Source of the DNA: Nitrospirota bacterium
GTDB lineage: Bacteria; Nitrospirota; JACRHJ01
Length of the DNA: 64,000 nucleotides
Direction of reading: 5' to 3'
Assembly (NCBI GenBank): GCA_963733375.1
Contig: CAVTDB010000016.1
Coordinates: forward strand, 1-64,000
Of the stretch, positions 10,085-19,701 are shown piece by piece. The position numbers and the translations under genes are program-made. The notes under the pieces are model-generated. The model saw only the letters and a list, made by a program, of their open reading frames with translations. It did not search any database and had not been told where the DNA came from. Within the stretch, counting starts at the first letter, position 1. Every line of letters begins with the position of its first letter.

Positions 10085-11824
10085 GCGGTAATAACGGGAT
10101 TCCGCCTTACGGACAACGCCCTGCGCGTGCTGGAGAGAAGGTACTTAAGAAAAAACCGCACGGGCAGAGTCATCGAGACGCCGGAGGGGCTTTTCCGCAG
10201 GGTGGCAAAGACTATCGCGGCCGCGGATGAGAGATACTCGCCCGGTACAAAAACTACGCGCGGCGAAATCTATTACCGCATGATGTCAGAGTTGAGGTTC
10301 CTTCCGAACTCCCCTACCCTGATGAACGCGGGCACGTCGATTAAACAATACTCCGCGTGCTTTGTCATACCGGTCGGAGACAGCGTAAAAAAAATCTTCG
10401 GGGCGCTCTCGGCGATGGCCCGGATTCACCAGTCCGGCGGCGGGACCGGCTTTTCTTTCTCGCGGCTCAGGCCAAAGGACGACATCGTAAAATCCACCGG
10501 CGAGGTAGCGTCCGGCCCGGTATCTTTCATGAGGGTTTTCGACCAGGCGACGGAGGTGATAAAGCAGGGCGGCAGGCGGCGCGGGGCGAACATGGGGATA
10601 CTGCGCATCGACCACCCGGATATAGCGGCGTTCGTCAGGGCTAAGGAGGACGGGGCTTTCCGGAACTTCAACCTCTCCGTCAGCATCCCCGATTCCTTCA
10701 TGCGGGCGCTGGACGAAGACGGAGAATACCCGCTTATCAACCCCAGAGACGGCAGGGAGATAAAAAAAATAAAGGCGCGGGAGGCATGGGATTTAATCGC
10801 TTTAATGGCCTGGAAGACCGGCGACCCCGGCGTGATTTTCATAGACAGGATAAATGCCCTGAACCCGACTCCGGCGGCAGGCGTGATAGAGGCGACGAAC
10901 CCCTGCGGGGAGCAGCCCCTTCTGCCGTACGAGTCCTGCAACCTGGGCTCCATCAACTTAAGCCGGTTCGTCGTCGACGGACGCATGGACTGGGATAACC
11001 TCCGATATACCGTAAGAGACGGCGTGCAGTTCCTGGACAACGTAATAGACGCAAGCGTCTATCCCCTTCCGGAGATAACGCGCATCACGCGCGCCAACCG
11101 CAAGGTCGGACTCGGGGTCATGGGCTTTGCCGATATGCTGGTAATGCTGGATATCCCGTATGACTCAGACGACGCGCTGAAGTTAGGCGGGGAAGTGATG
11201 AAATTTATCAATGACGAGGCGGTGAAAAAGTCCTCCGAGTTGGGCCGGGAGCGCGGCAACTTCCCGAATTTCCCCGGAAGCGTCTGGGAGAAAAAGGGGC
11301 TTAAACACATGCGGAACGCCACCGTAACCACGGTCGCGCCTACCGGGACCATAAGCATAATCGCCGGGACTTCCAGCGGCATCGAGCCTCTATTTGCGCT
11401 CTCGTTCGTCCGCAGGGTCCTGGACGGCTCGGAACTTCGGGAGGTCAACCGCGTTTTCTTTGACAGGGCAAAAAAGGAAGGGTTTTATTCGGAGGCCCTG
11501 CTTAAGGACCTGGACGTAAAGGGCGGCGTGTCGTGGCTTCCGGGGGTGCCGCAAAAAGTGAAGGAGGTTTTCAAAACGGCCCTGGAGATATCGCCGGAGC
11601 GGCACGTGATGATGCAGGCGGAGTTCCAGAAATATACGGATAACGCCGTGTCCAAGACGATCAACCTGCCGGAGGATGCGACGCCTTCGGACGTTGAAAA
11701 AATTTATTCCCTCGCGTACAAACTGGGGTGCAAGGGCATAACCGTTTACCGTTACGGCTCTAAGGATGAGCAGGTGCTTTCCCGTGCGGGCCAGCCGTCG
11801 GCCTGCCGGGTATGTTCAACGTAA
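10081..11824 (+). CDS. nrdJ: Adenosylcobalamin-dependent (class II) ribonucleotide reductase
   Basis: LTDNALRVLERRYL, FLPNSPTLMNAG, SACFV, QGGRRRGANM, NPCGEQPL, APTGT, C-terminal CRVC; likely TTG start overlapping amrS stop with one extra G near 10097. Confidence 0.93.
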
Positions 11825-11906
11825 AATTTTCCAGCTCCGGGAATATTTTCTTTAGGTTCGGGGAGATGGTATACTTTGATTATGACTAACTCAGGAGAGG
11901 TGAAAA

Positions 11907-12101
11907 ATGGCAAAAGTGCCGGTTGTGGACAAAAGACTCTGCACGAGCTGCGGGCTCTGTACGGAAATCGCTCCCAATACGTTAAAGCTGGACGATGACG
12001 ACCTGGCGGAAGTTTATAACCCCACGGGGGACCCGGAGGACGTGATACAGGAGGCAATAGATTCCTGCCCGATCGAGGCTATCTCCTGGAAGGAGGACTG
12101 A
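11907..12101 (+). CDS. Single-cluster ferredoxin
   Basis: CTSCGLC...AP...SCPIEAISW; GGAGAGG RBS. Confidence 0.92.
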   Translation: MAKVPVVDKRLCTSCGLCTEIAPNTLKLDDDDLAEVYNPTGDPEDVIQEAIDSCPIEAISWKED

Positions 12102-12103
12102 AA

Positions 12104-12301
12104 ATGATAAAGGTTAAGACGTTCGGCCAGGTCCTTAAGATATTCGAGACCCAGCGCGAGTTGCACGCCCTGGACGACGAAGTGAACAAGTTCATCCAGG
12201 ACAACAAGATAACGAAGGTTATCTCCGTGAGCGACGCGGTATTGACAGCCGAGGAAGGCGAGACCCAGGGAGTCATCCGGGTACTTGCTTACGAGCAATA
12301 G
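12104..12301 (+). CDS. Small hypothetical protein
   Basis: Tightly packed between ferredoxin and YyaL with AGGAGG RBS; MIKVKTF...LDDEVNKFI...VISVSD. Confidence 0.7.
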   Translation: MIKVKTFGQVLKIFETQRELHALDDEVNKFIQDNKITKVISVSDAVLTAEEGETQGVIRVLAYEQ

Positions 12302-14044
12302 ATGCGTTCTAACCTGGTCAAGTGGCGCGAGTGGGGCAGTGAAGCGTTCGCGGAGGCGGAGCGGGACGGAAAGCTTGTGCTCCTGGACATCTCCGCCGTC
12401 TGGTGCCACTGGTGCCATGTCATGGACGAGACTTCCTACTCGGATAAAAATACCTCCGCCATAATAAATATGCGCTATGTGCCCGTGCGCGTGGATACGG
12501 ACAGGATGCCGGACGTCAACGAGCGCTACAACATGGGCGGCTGGCCTACCACGGCCATACTGACGCCGACCGGCGAGGTCCTCCTGGGCGCGACGTACAT
12601 GCCGCCGGATAAGCTCCTGGAGACGCTGGAGGAGGTGGACAGGTTCTATCAGGAGAACAAGGGCCGTGTAATGGAGAGGGCGGCCCAGGTCCGGGAGGGA
12701 AAGCGGACTGAGCTTCTGGCCTGCCGCCGGCAGAGACCGGACGCGCTGTCCGTGGACGCGGCGGCGGAAGTCCTTCAGGAGATAGAGAAGGAGTTCGAGC
12801 CTGTCCACGGCGGTTTCGGGACGGAGCCGAAGTTCCCGATGGCGGATGCAAACGACCTGCTCCTTGTCTCCTACAGGGACACGGGCAATAAAGAATACCT
12901 CGATATGGCCGAAAAGACGCTCGAAGGGATGTCCTCCCACGGGATGTATGACCACGTCATGGGAGGGTTCTTCAGGTATTCGGTGACGCGGGACTGGACT
13001 GTGCCGCATTTCGAGAAGATGATGGAATCCAACGCGGCCCTGATCGTAAATTATCTGAACGCGTTCCGGCTGACGGGCAACGAGAAGTGGAAGACGGTGG
13101 CCGAGGATACACTGAAATACGTGGAGGAATGGCTCTGGGACAAGGACGGCTATTTCTGCGGGAGCCAGGACGCGGACGAGGAATACTATGGCCTGCCGCT
13201 TGCGGAAAGGCTGAAAAGGACGCCGCCCTATGTGGACCATACCCTGTATACGAACCTGAACATGAAGGCGGCTTACACGTTCCTTTCGGCATGGGAGACG
13301 CTGGGTGAGGTGCGCTACAGGGAGCGGGCCGAGAGTGCGGTGGATTACGTCCTTTCGAAGATGAAAACGCCGGACGGCGGCCTGTACCATTACCTGGACG
13401 AACACCCGCATAGGCCGGGGCTTCTGCAAGACTGCTCCACCGCGATTAAGACGCTCCTTTACATGTACCAGCTTACAGGCGAGGAAAAACGTCTTCTTGA
13501 GGCGATGCTCCTCATCGACTACCTGGAGAGGACTCACTGGGACGCGGAATTCGAAGGGTTTTTCGACCTGCCGGAGGACCATGAAGCAGTGGGGGCGCTG
13601 GCCGACCGGGCGAAGCCGATGGCGGAGAACTCGGAAATGTCGGTATCGTTAAAGACGCTCTGGGTGCTGACGGGTACGGAAAGGTTCCTGAAGATGGCTG
13701 AAGCCTGCCTCCTGCCTTTCGCGGAGAGTTTTAGACAATTTTCCTATATGGCTGCCAACTATGCTCTAGCATCCGATTTCTTTATTCAGCCCGCGCTGGA
13801 ACTGCATATCACGGGCAAGGCCGGGAACCCCGATATGACTGCCTTGGCCGACGCCGCGGGAAAATCTTTTACCCCGAGGCGCGTAATCCGGCTGATGGAC
13901 TTCGGGCGCGACGAGGCCGAGATTGCCGGGCGGGGCTATAAAGCGGACGGCAAGGCCGCGGCATATCTGTGCAAAGGCTTCACCTGCGCCGCGCCTATCG
14001 AAGACCCGGAAGAGCTTAAAAAGGCGCTCGCTAAAGCCGCCTAG
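12302..14044 (+). CDS. YyaL/SPATA20-like thioredoxin-domain protein (DUF255 plus alpha/alpha toroid)
   Basis: WCHWCHVMDE, GGWPTT, GGFGTEPKFP, GGFFRYSV..DW.VPHFEKM, AYLCKGFTC. Confidence 0.92.
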   Translation: MRSNLVKWREWGSEAFAEAERDGKLVLLDISAVWCHWCHVMDETSYSDKNTSAIINMRYVPVRVDTDRMPDVNERYNMGGWPTTAILTPTGEVLLGATYMPPDKLLETLEEVDRFYQENKGRVMERAAQVREGKRTELLACRRQRPDALSVDAAAEVLQEIEKEFEPVHGGFGTEPKFPMADANDLLLVSYRDTGNKEYLDMAEKTLEGMSSHGMYDHVMGGFFRYSVTRDWTVPHFEKMMESNAALIVNYLNAFRLTGNEKWKTVAEDTLKYVEEWLWDKDGYFCGSQDADEEYYGLPLAERLKRTPPYVDHTLYTNLNMKAAYTFLSAWETLGEVRYRERAESAVDYVLSKMKTPDGGLYHYLDEHPHRPGLLQDCSTAIKTLLYMYQLTGEEKRLLEAMLLIDYLERTHWDAEFEGFFDLPEDHEAVGALADRAKPMAENSEMSVSLKTLWVLTGTERFLKMAEACLLPFAESFRQFSYMAANYALASDFFIQPALELHITGKAGNPDMTALADAAGKSFTPRRVIRLMDFGRDEAEIAGRGYKADGKAAAYLCKGFTCAAPIEDPEELKKALAKAA

Positions 14045-14382
14045 TCCCCCGAAACGAAATCCACGCTCCTCTTCTGCTTCTGCGCGATAAGGCAGAGTTC
14101 TTTAAGCTTTCTGACGAACGTCAGGCATTTTCCCTTCACATCCTCCGACATCAACTTATCGCCGGCGACGTACTCCTCCAGTTTCTCTACTTCCCGGATT
14201 AACGCCGGCACCTCTTCCGGCGCGAAGATTACGTCCTCTTTGTCCTCCTTGGCCTTTCCCAGGTTCGGGTAGTCCTCCAGGTTCACGATCTTGCGCCAGA
14301 GCATCCCGTGGACTCCCGGGTCTAAGCGGGCCTCGCCGATAAACTTGAAATTTTCATCCAGCACCACGATATCGAACGGCAT
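14041..14382 (-). CDS. Hypothetical protein
   Basis: 113-aa ORF with GAGGAG RBS, last gene of the ABC operon, C-terminal DFVSGD. Confidence 0.65.
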   Translation of the reverse strand: MPFDIVVLDENFKFIGEARLDPGVHGMLWRKIVNLEDYPNLGKAKEDKEDVIFAPEEVPALIREVEKLEEYVAGDKLMSEDVKGKCLTFVRKLKELCLIAQKQKRSVDFVSGD

Positions 14383-14396
14383 CTATTTCTCTCCTC

Positions 14397-15512
14397 TCAT
14401 AATGTTCTTTTGAATGTCACCACCGCCAGCGACATCATAACGCATAAAAAACAAAACAGGAACAAAATGTCGCCGTAAACGGCGGACAGCAGGTTGCCTT
14501 TAAACATTATACTCTTAAGCGCATGGACGGCATAGTATTCCGGGTTCACCTTCGAGAAGACCTGAAGCCACCGGGGGAAACTCTGCACCGGATATACCGC
14601 GCCAGACGGGAAAAAGAATATCACGTTCATAAAGCCTGAGAACACTCCGACTATCCTGGGATGGTTCGCCCGGCCAAGCATCAGGAACATCATGCTTAAA
14701 AGCCCCAGCGTGGTCAGCGCGAGCACGGAGAGTATTCCCATGAACCTCAGGACGCTGCCGAATATCGTTATGCCGGTTATAAGTGCGCTGACGATATAAA
14801 CCGTCGTCGCCATGATGAGCGTGATTACAAACCCTGAGATTACAAGGCCCCCGACGATGTCCATCTTCGTCACGGGGGTCATCAGTATCGCCTCGTCCAC
14901 GCCCAGGAACCGGTCCATCACCAGGTTGAATACGCCGGTTATCATCGTCCCCATGAACATCGCCATCACGACGACGCCGGGCACCAGCGACTGGTCGTAG
15001 TCCACCTGCCTGTACAGCTCCACCCGCCTGGCCTGCACGACCGTCCTGTCCGGACGGATCGGCACATGCGTCTCGCGTATAGAGTTCACCGCATCGGTCA
15101 GCGCCCCGGTCAGGGCGCCCTCGGATATCTGGTCCGTGTTGTCCACAAATATGCCGACCTCCGGCCCCGTGCCGAGCGCCATCCTGCGCGAGAAATCCGG
15201 GGGCACGATTACCGCCCCTTTATATTTTCCTTCCCGCACCCCGTCTACCGCCGCGCCCTGGTCTGACAGATACGTTACCGTAACCGTCTTGGGTCCGACC
15301 GTCACTGCCTTCAAGCGTTCGTCCAGCCTTCGGCCCCAGTAGCCGTCGTCCTGGTTCACCACCGCCACCGGCAGGCCCTTCAGCTTCCCTTGAAAGGAGT
15401 TGCCGAGGATGATGAGGTACGCTATAGGCATGACCACGGCCATCACCATGATGACCGGGTTCCGGGAGAACTTGCGGATATCGCGCTCTAGTACCGCGTA
15501 AACCCGGCGCAT
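14397..15512 (-). CDS. ABC-2 type transporter permease
   Basis: N-terminal TM, LPVAVVNQD periplasmic domain, multiple C-terminal TMs, SGAVYPV..FP.WL..FS.VNP. Confidence 0.93.
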   Translation of the reverse strand: MRRVYAVLERDIRKFSRNPVIMVMAVVMPIAYLIILGNSFQGKLKGLPVAVVNQDDGYWGRRLDERLKAVTVGPKTVTVTYLSDQGAAVDGVREGKYKGAVIVPPDFSRRMALGTGPEVGIFVDNTDQISEGALTGALTDAVNSIRETHVPIRPDRTVVQARRVELYRQVDYDQSLVPGVVVMAMFMGTMITGVFNLVMDRFLGVDEAILMTPVTKMDIVGGLVISGFVITLIMATTVYIVSALITGITIFGSVLRFMGILSVLALTTLGLLSMMFLMLGRANHPRIVGVFSGFMNVIFFFPSGAVYPVQSFPRWLQVFSKVNPEYYAVHALKSIMFKGNLLSAVYGDILFLFCFLCVMMSLAVVTFKRTL

Positions 15513-16516
15513 CAGCCCCTCCCCAGTTTCGACGGTATGCCCGCGCCCAGGAACATGTTAACCTTCTTCGACTCTTCCTCGCGTATGGAGCGGCCGGTGT
15601 AATGGATAAAAACGTCCTCCAGCGAGAGGTTTTTTATGGAGACGGCCTTAACTTTCACGCCCGCCTCCGTGGCAAGCTTCATAAGCCTCGGCGCGTTCTC
15701 ACTCCCGCTATCCACATAACAGCGCAAGTCATTATCCTCAAGCTGGGCCTTGTGCACGTAGCCTTCCGCCTCCGCCAGCCCCCGCACCTTCTCCGAGTCT
15801 CCGGATAGAGTCATTATCACGATGTCGTTACCCGGTATCCCCGCCTTCAGTTCGTCCGGCGTCCCCATCGTTATTATGCTCCCGTAGTCGATGATTGCGA
15901 CTCTCGTGCAGAGCGATTCCGCTTCGTCCATGTAATGCGTAGTAAGGAAAACAGTCATGTTGTAGTCTTTCATGAAGCCCTGGAGCATGTCCCACACTAC
16001 GCGGCGGCTCTGCGGGTCCAGGCCGGACGTCGGCTCGTCCAGGAAAAGCATCGCGGGCCTGTGCACCAGCACGCGCGCTATGTCGAGCCTGCGCCTCATC
16101 CCGCCGGAGAACGTCGCGGCCAGTTCGTCCGCTTTTTTCGTCAGGCCCACCCGTTCCAGCAGTTCCTCAACCCTCTCCTTCCGGATTTTTTTGGGCACCT
16201 CGTAGAACTTCCCGAAGATGTCCATGTTCTCGCGGGCGGTCAGGTCCAGGTCGGAGGCCATGTTCTGCGTGACGACGCCGATGGAGCCGCGCACCATCTC
16301 CGGCTCCTCTATTATGTCATAGCCCGCTACCTTCGCCGTGCCGGAAGTGGGCTTCAGGACCGTCGTCAGCATCCGTATCAGCGTGCTTTTTCCCGCCCCG
16401 TTCGGCCCCAGGAACCCGAAGAACTCGCCCTCGTTTATCTGGATGCTGATGCCCTTGACGGCGGCCAGTTCGCCGAAGTTTTTACGGATGTCGAAGGTTT
16501 CAACTGCTGAAGGCAA
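15512..16516 (-). CDS. ABC transporter ATP-binding protein (DrrA/NodI-like)
   Basis: GPNGAGKST, FSGGMRRRL, LFLDEPT, TTHYMDEA, SLEDVF. Confidence 0.95.
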   Translation of the reverse strand: MPSAVETFDIRKNFGELAAVKGISIQINEGEFFGFLGPNGAGKSTLIRMLTTVLKPTSGTAKVAGYDIIEEPEMVRGSIGVVTQNMASDLDLTARENMDIFGKFYEVPKKIRKERVEELLERVGLTKKADELAATFSGGMRRRLDIARVLVHRPAMLFLDEPTSGLDPQSRRVVWDMLQGFMKDYNMTVFLTTHYMDEAESLCTRVAIIDYGSIITMGTPDELKAGIPGNDIVIMTLSGDSEKVRGLAEAEGYVHKAQLEDNDLRCYVDSGSENAPRLMKLATEAGVKVKAVSIKNLSLEDVFIHYTGRSIREEESKKVNMFLGAGIPSKLGRG

Positions 16517-16524
16517 TTTAAATT

Positions 16525-16593
16525 CCCCTCACCCCCGCCCCTCTCCCGGAAGGCGAGGGGTTAATGGAGGATGTCTTTCTGAGCGAAGAATCT
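16525..16593. repeat. Composite REP-like palindromic element (copy A)
   Basis: CCCCTCACCCCCGCCCCTCTCCC..GGCGAGGGGTTAA followed by ATGTCTTTCTGAGCGAAG; same layout at 31340. Confidence 0.75.
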
Positions 16594-16617
16594 GCTTTTT
16601 AATGAAAAAATGGAAGA

Positions 16618-17145
16618 CTAACGAAACATGAAATAGCCGTTCACCATAAAGAACGTTCCCAATACCGCCGAGACGAGCGAGCCGATAAATACCGGCCCGG
16701 ACGACGCGAGTATCGATATGGATGCCAGTACGATTGCTATCTGCAGGAGCGCCTCGCCGAAGTCGAAGTACGGGTCCTTCGCGCGGTACATGTCCCGCTC
16801 CTTCTCCAGCTTGCGCGCCTCAGTCTCCAGCTCTTTTTTGTCTCCCTCGTATTTCACAGCGCCTGCTTTTAACTGCTTCGCAAGGCCCTCGTAATTTGCC
16901 GCGCCGGCCATCATCGACTGCGTATTGTATAACTGCTCCCGTATCGACTTCGCCTGGTAGAATGACCACTGGTCGGAGGCCTGCTGCTGGGAGAGAATCA
17001 TCTCCTTGGACGCCTTGTTCCCGCCGAGCGCCGTAATTGCAAGCAGCACGGCATAACACGCCGTAACCAGCGCGACGCGCCGGGAAAATTTCTTTTCTTT
17101 CTGTTCCTCTATTTCGTGTAAATTCGGCAGTTCTACTTCAGGCAT
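16618..17145 (-). CDS. DUF4337-like membrane protein
   Basis: VALVTA..AVLLAI, ASDQWSFYQAKSIR, LQIAIVLASISIL. Confidence 0.8.
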   Translation of the reverse strand: MPEVELPNLHEIEEQKEKKFSRRVALVTACYAVLLAITALGGNKASKEMILSQQQASDQWSFYQAKSIREQLYNTQSMMAGAANYEGLAKQLKAGAVKYEGDKKELETEARKLEKERDMYRAKDPYFDFGEALLQIAIVLASISILASSGPVFIGSLVSAVLGTFFMVNGYFMFR

Positions 17146-17846
17146 AAATCATTCCTTAATTTCTTTATTTTCTTTCCCCACTTCTTCTTCAAGCTCTGCT
17201 TGTTATGCAGTATGTTCGAATACAGCGACGCGAACAGCAGGTTTAAGTTACTCACTTCGCACCTGGTGCTTTCGGATGTTTTCTCCAGAAGCAGGAGCCT
17301 GTCTTTTAACTGCTTCCTCCTGTAATTCGGATTCCTGCGAAGGAATATATCCACCGCAAGCATCACGCCGGGAGTGTTTTCATGGTAGTCGTGGATTGCC
17401 GCCTTGCCGCCGGTTTCAAGCAGGCAGAGCCACTGGAGGTCCTGCATGACATATTTAAGCTTATGGCTCGCATCTATTATAATAAAGGAGAAACGCTCGC
17501 CTTTTTCCCTCGCCTTCCTGAAAGCGTCAAGGCTCCTGCCAACCCGGACGTCCAGGCGCTCCGGGTCGATGCCGTGATGCATGAGGTTGTCGCGGAAGAC
17601 GCCAAGCTGGTTTTCAAAATAAGTGAACGGCTCGACCACCAGGACTCTGGCAAGTTCTTCAGGCGTAAAATCTTTTATCAGCCTCACCAATGTGCCGCCG
17701 GCGGCCGTGCCTATCTCGCCTATCCTGCCAATCGCCGGAGAGGACGCAATCTCACTTCTAAGGAGCGCGATCTCGCCTTCCGTCATCTCCGAGACGCACA
17801 ACCCGCTTAACTTCTCCGCCCTGCCACCCATCTGTTCCATCTCCAC
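17133..17846 (-). CDS. Class I SAM-dependent methyltransferase (Methyltransf_24-like)
   Basis: EIGTAAGGT, IIIDASH..Y...D, AIHDY...PGV..AVD. Confidence 0.85.
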   Translation of the reverse strand: MEMEQMGGRAEKLSGLCVSEMTEGEIALLRSEIASSPAIGRIGEIGTAAGGTLVRLIKDFTPEELARVLVVEPFTYFENQLGVFRDNLMHHGIDPERLDVRVGRSLDAFRKAREKGERFSFIIIDASHKLKYVMQDLQWLCLLETGGKAAIHDYHENTPGVMLAVDIFLRRNPNYRRKQLKDRLLLLEKTSESTRCEVSNLNLLFASLYSNILHNKQSLKKKWGKKIKKLRNDLCLK

Positions 17847-17870
17847 GAGTTCGCTGCAAATTCGGCAATT

Positions 17871-18485
17871 TTACTTCGAGCATTGCTTAAAATGTTTCAC
17901 CGCTTTTTTGCCTTTATTTTCTATTTCATCAATAATTTTTTCCCATGCCTTTATAGTTGCGTCTATACATTCAAATATATCTCCTACTTGATTACCATTT
18001 TGATCCATGACAGGTATGGTTATATCTACTCCGGACGGATCTGCTATATCAATTTCTATATCATTTGCACTAAGTGTTATTTTCCCCAATGTAGTCTGGG
18101 GCATTGAATATGCTACATCTCCCAATTTGGGAAATAACCCCGATCTACTCTTGTTTGTGCCGCCATGTTTTAAAGCATTTGCTATATCAGCACAAATACA
18201 AATTTCACGATTATTATTGACAATATTTTCTATCCATTTATCTTCTTTACCATAGGTGATAGAATATTTTTTTAAATAATCTTTACAACTCCAAACCCAT
18301 AGCAATAAACTTTCTACTTTATCCTCTATTTCTTCCGGAGATTTTATGTTATTAATTATATATTTTGTTTCAATGCCGTCTGGAAAAATGTAATTCCAAG
18401 TTGCCCCACTTCCTCCCTTGGCTTCAAAATCTTTTGCTAAACGCTTCATTCTGTTAAAGAGCTTTTCTACGTCTTCTTTTTTCAT
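17871..18485 (-). CDS. AT-rich hypothetical protein with HEPN-like ADIANALKH motif
   Basis: Visibly AT-rich relative to flanks; start MKKEDVEK at 18485; WSCKDYL and CADIANALKHG motifs. Confidence 0.65.
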   Translation of the reverse strand: MKKEDVEKLFNRMKRLAKDFEAKGGSGATWNYIFPDGIETKYIINNIKSPEEIEDKVESLLLWVWSCKDYLKKYSITYGKEDKWIENIVNNNREICICADIANALKHGGTNKSRSGLFPKLGDVAYSMPQTTLGKITLSANDIEIDIADPSGVDITIPVMDQNGNQVGDIFECIDATIKAWEKIIDEIENKGKKAVKHFKQCSK

Positions 18486-18511
18486 TTTATGCAATAAAGT
18501 CCGGAACTGAT

Positions 18512-19552
18512 TTACGGTATCTCCACCATCACCGTCATGCCGGGCTTGAGTATCCCTTTCGGGTCGTTTATTTTTATCCTCGTGCGGAAGCTTTTGATAT
18601 CCTGGCGGCCGCGGGTGACGTCTCTCTCTACCGCGAACTCGCCCTCGCGCCCTACGTCGAATACCTCGCCATCGAAAACCATGTCCGGATGGTGCTCCAG
18701 CCATACGCGCGCCTTTGTCCCCACGCGCACCTTCGTTATGAACCTCTGCTCCAGGTCGAACCGCACCCAGAGGGTGCTGGGGTCCACGACCGTCAGGATG
18801 CTCGTCCCCGGCGCGACGACCTCGCCCTCTTCCACTGGCCGGTATTCCACCACGCCGTCCGACGGCGCGAATATATCGGAGTATGAAAGCTGCGCCTCGC
18901 TTAACTTTACGTTATCACCCGCCTGGCTCACGCGCGCCCTTTGAGTCGCTACGTCCTCCTTCGCCTTGTCAAGACCCGCTTTGTTCGCGGCCAGCTTGGA
19001 CTTCGCAAGGTTTATCGACGCGCCCGCCGCATCGACGTCCGCCTTTGCGGAATCGCGGGCCGTCTGGGCGTTATCCAGGTCCGCTTTTGCCACTATCCCC
19101 TTTTTATACAGCTCTTTTTCGCGGGAGAGGTTCAGTTCCGCCAGGGCAAGCTGGGACTGTGCCCGGCGCGCCTGGGCGATCTGGTTCTCCACGTCCGCCC
19201 GCTCCACCTTTACCTGGTCGGCGGCGTTTGCCACCACCTGCCCGAGCGACGTCTGCGTAAGCTCCTCCGCCCGGAGCGCGGACTGGGTCGCCCTAAGCGC
19301 CGCCTGGAGGTCCTCGTTCTCTATCCGGGCTACGAGCTGGCCTTTTTTTACCGCGTCCCCTTCGCGAAACCCGATAAACGTGATACGCCCGGCGATCTTG
19401 GAGGAAATATTGGTCTCTATCCCCTCCACCACTCCGGTCGTCCGGACGGACTCCGGCCCTTTGTCACTTTCGGAATAAAGGAAGATATAGGCCGCGATGC
19501 CTATTATGGCGGCAATTATGAGGACGATAGTTATTTTATTGTTTCGTTTCAA
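18512..19552 (-). CDS. HlyD family efflux periplasmic adaptor
   Basis: N-terminal TM, ISSKIAGRI, EGDAVKKGQL, coiled coil, IFAPSDGVV, LKPGM. Confidence 0.93.
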   Translation of the reverse strand: MKRNNKITIVLIIAAIIGIAAYIFLYSESDKGPESVRTTGVVEGIETNISSKIAGRITFIGFREGDAVKKGQLVARIENEDLQAALRATQSALRAEELTQTSLGQVVANAADQVKVERADVENQIAQARRAQSQLALAELNLSREKELYKKGIVAKADLDNAQTARDSAKADVDAAGASINLAKSKLAANKAGLDKAKEDVATQRARVSQAGDNVKLSEAQLSYSDIFAPSDGVVEYRPVEEGEVVAPGTSILTVVDPSTLWVRFDLEQRFITKVRVGTKARVWLEHHPDMVFDGEVFDVGREGEFAVERDVTRGRQDIKSFRTRIKINDPKGILKPGMTVMVEIP

Positions 19553-19636
19553 CGGAGTCCTTTTGGTCTGTGATAATTATCATATCATTGCGGCCCTTTT
19601 GTCAATGGTATAAGTCCCTATCGCAAAAGAAAATTA

Positions 19637-19665
19637 TTGACAAATCCAGCGCTCAAGATTATCTT
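19637..19665 (+). promoter_or_regulatory. Putative sigma70 promoter
   Basis: TTGACA-17 nt-TATCTT upstream of AAGGAG RBS and ATG 19702. Confidence 0.55.
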
Positions 19666-19701
19666 TATCGGATATGTCGCACAAAGGAGAAGTCATACGC
19701 A

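Noticed and set aside
9076-10230. AmrS C-terminal extension or AmrS-NrdJ fusion
   Set aside because: Explained by two nearby indels; the natural AmrS end and the NrdJ start overlap at TTGA 10081-10084
12014-13582. Long antisense ORFs (also 59188-60786, 44048-45202, 30742-31737)
   Set aside because: Shadow frames of well-supported genes in a high-GC genome; no recognisable motifs
17847-18511. Integron cassette structure around the AT-rich gene
   Set aside because: Spacers are about 25 nt with no attC-like inverted core sites, and no integrase is present
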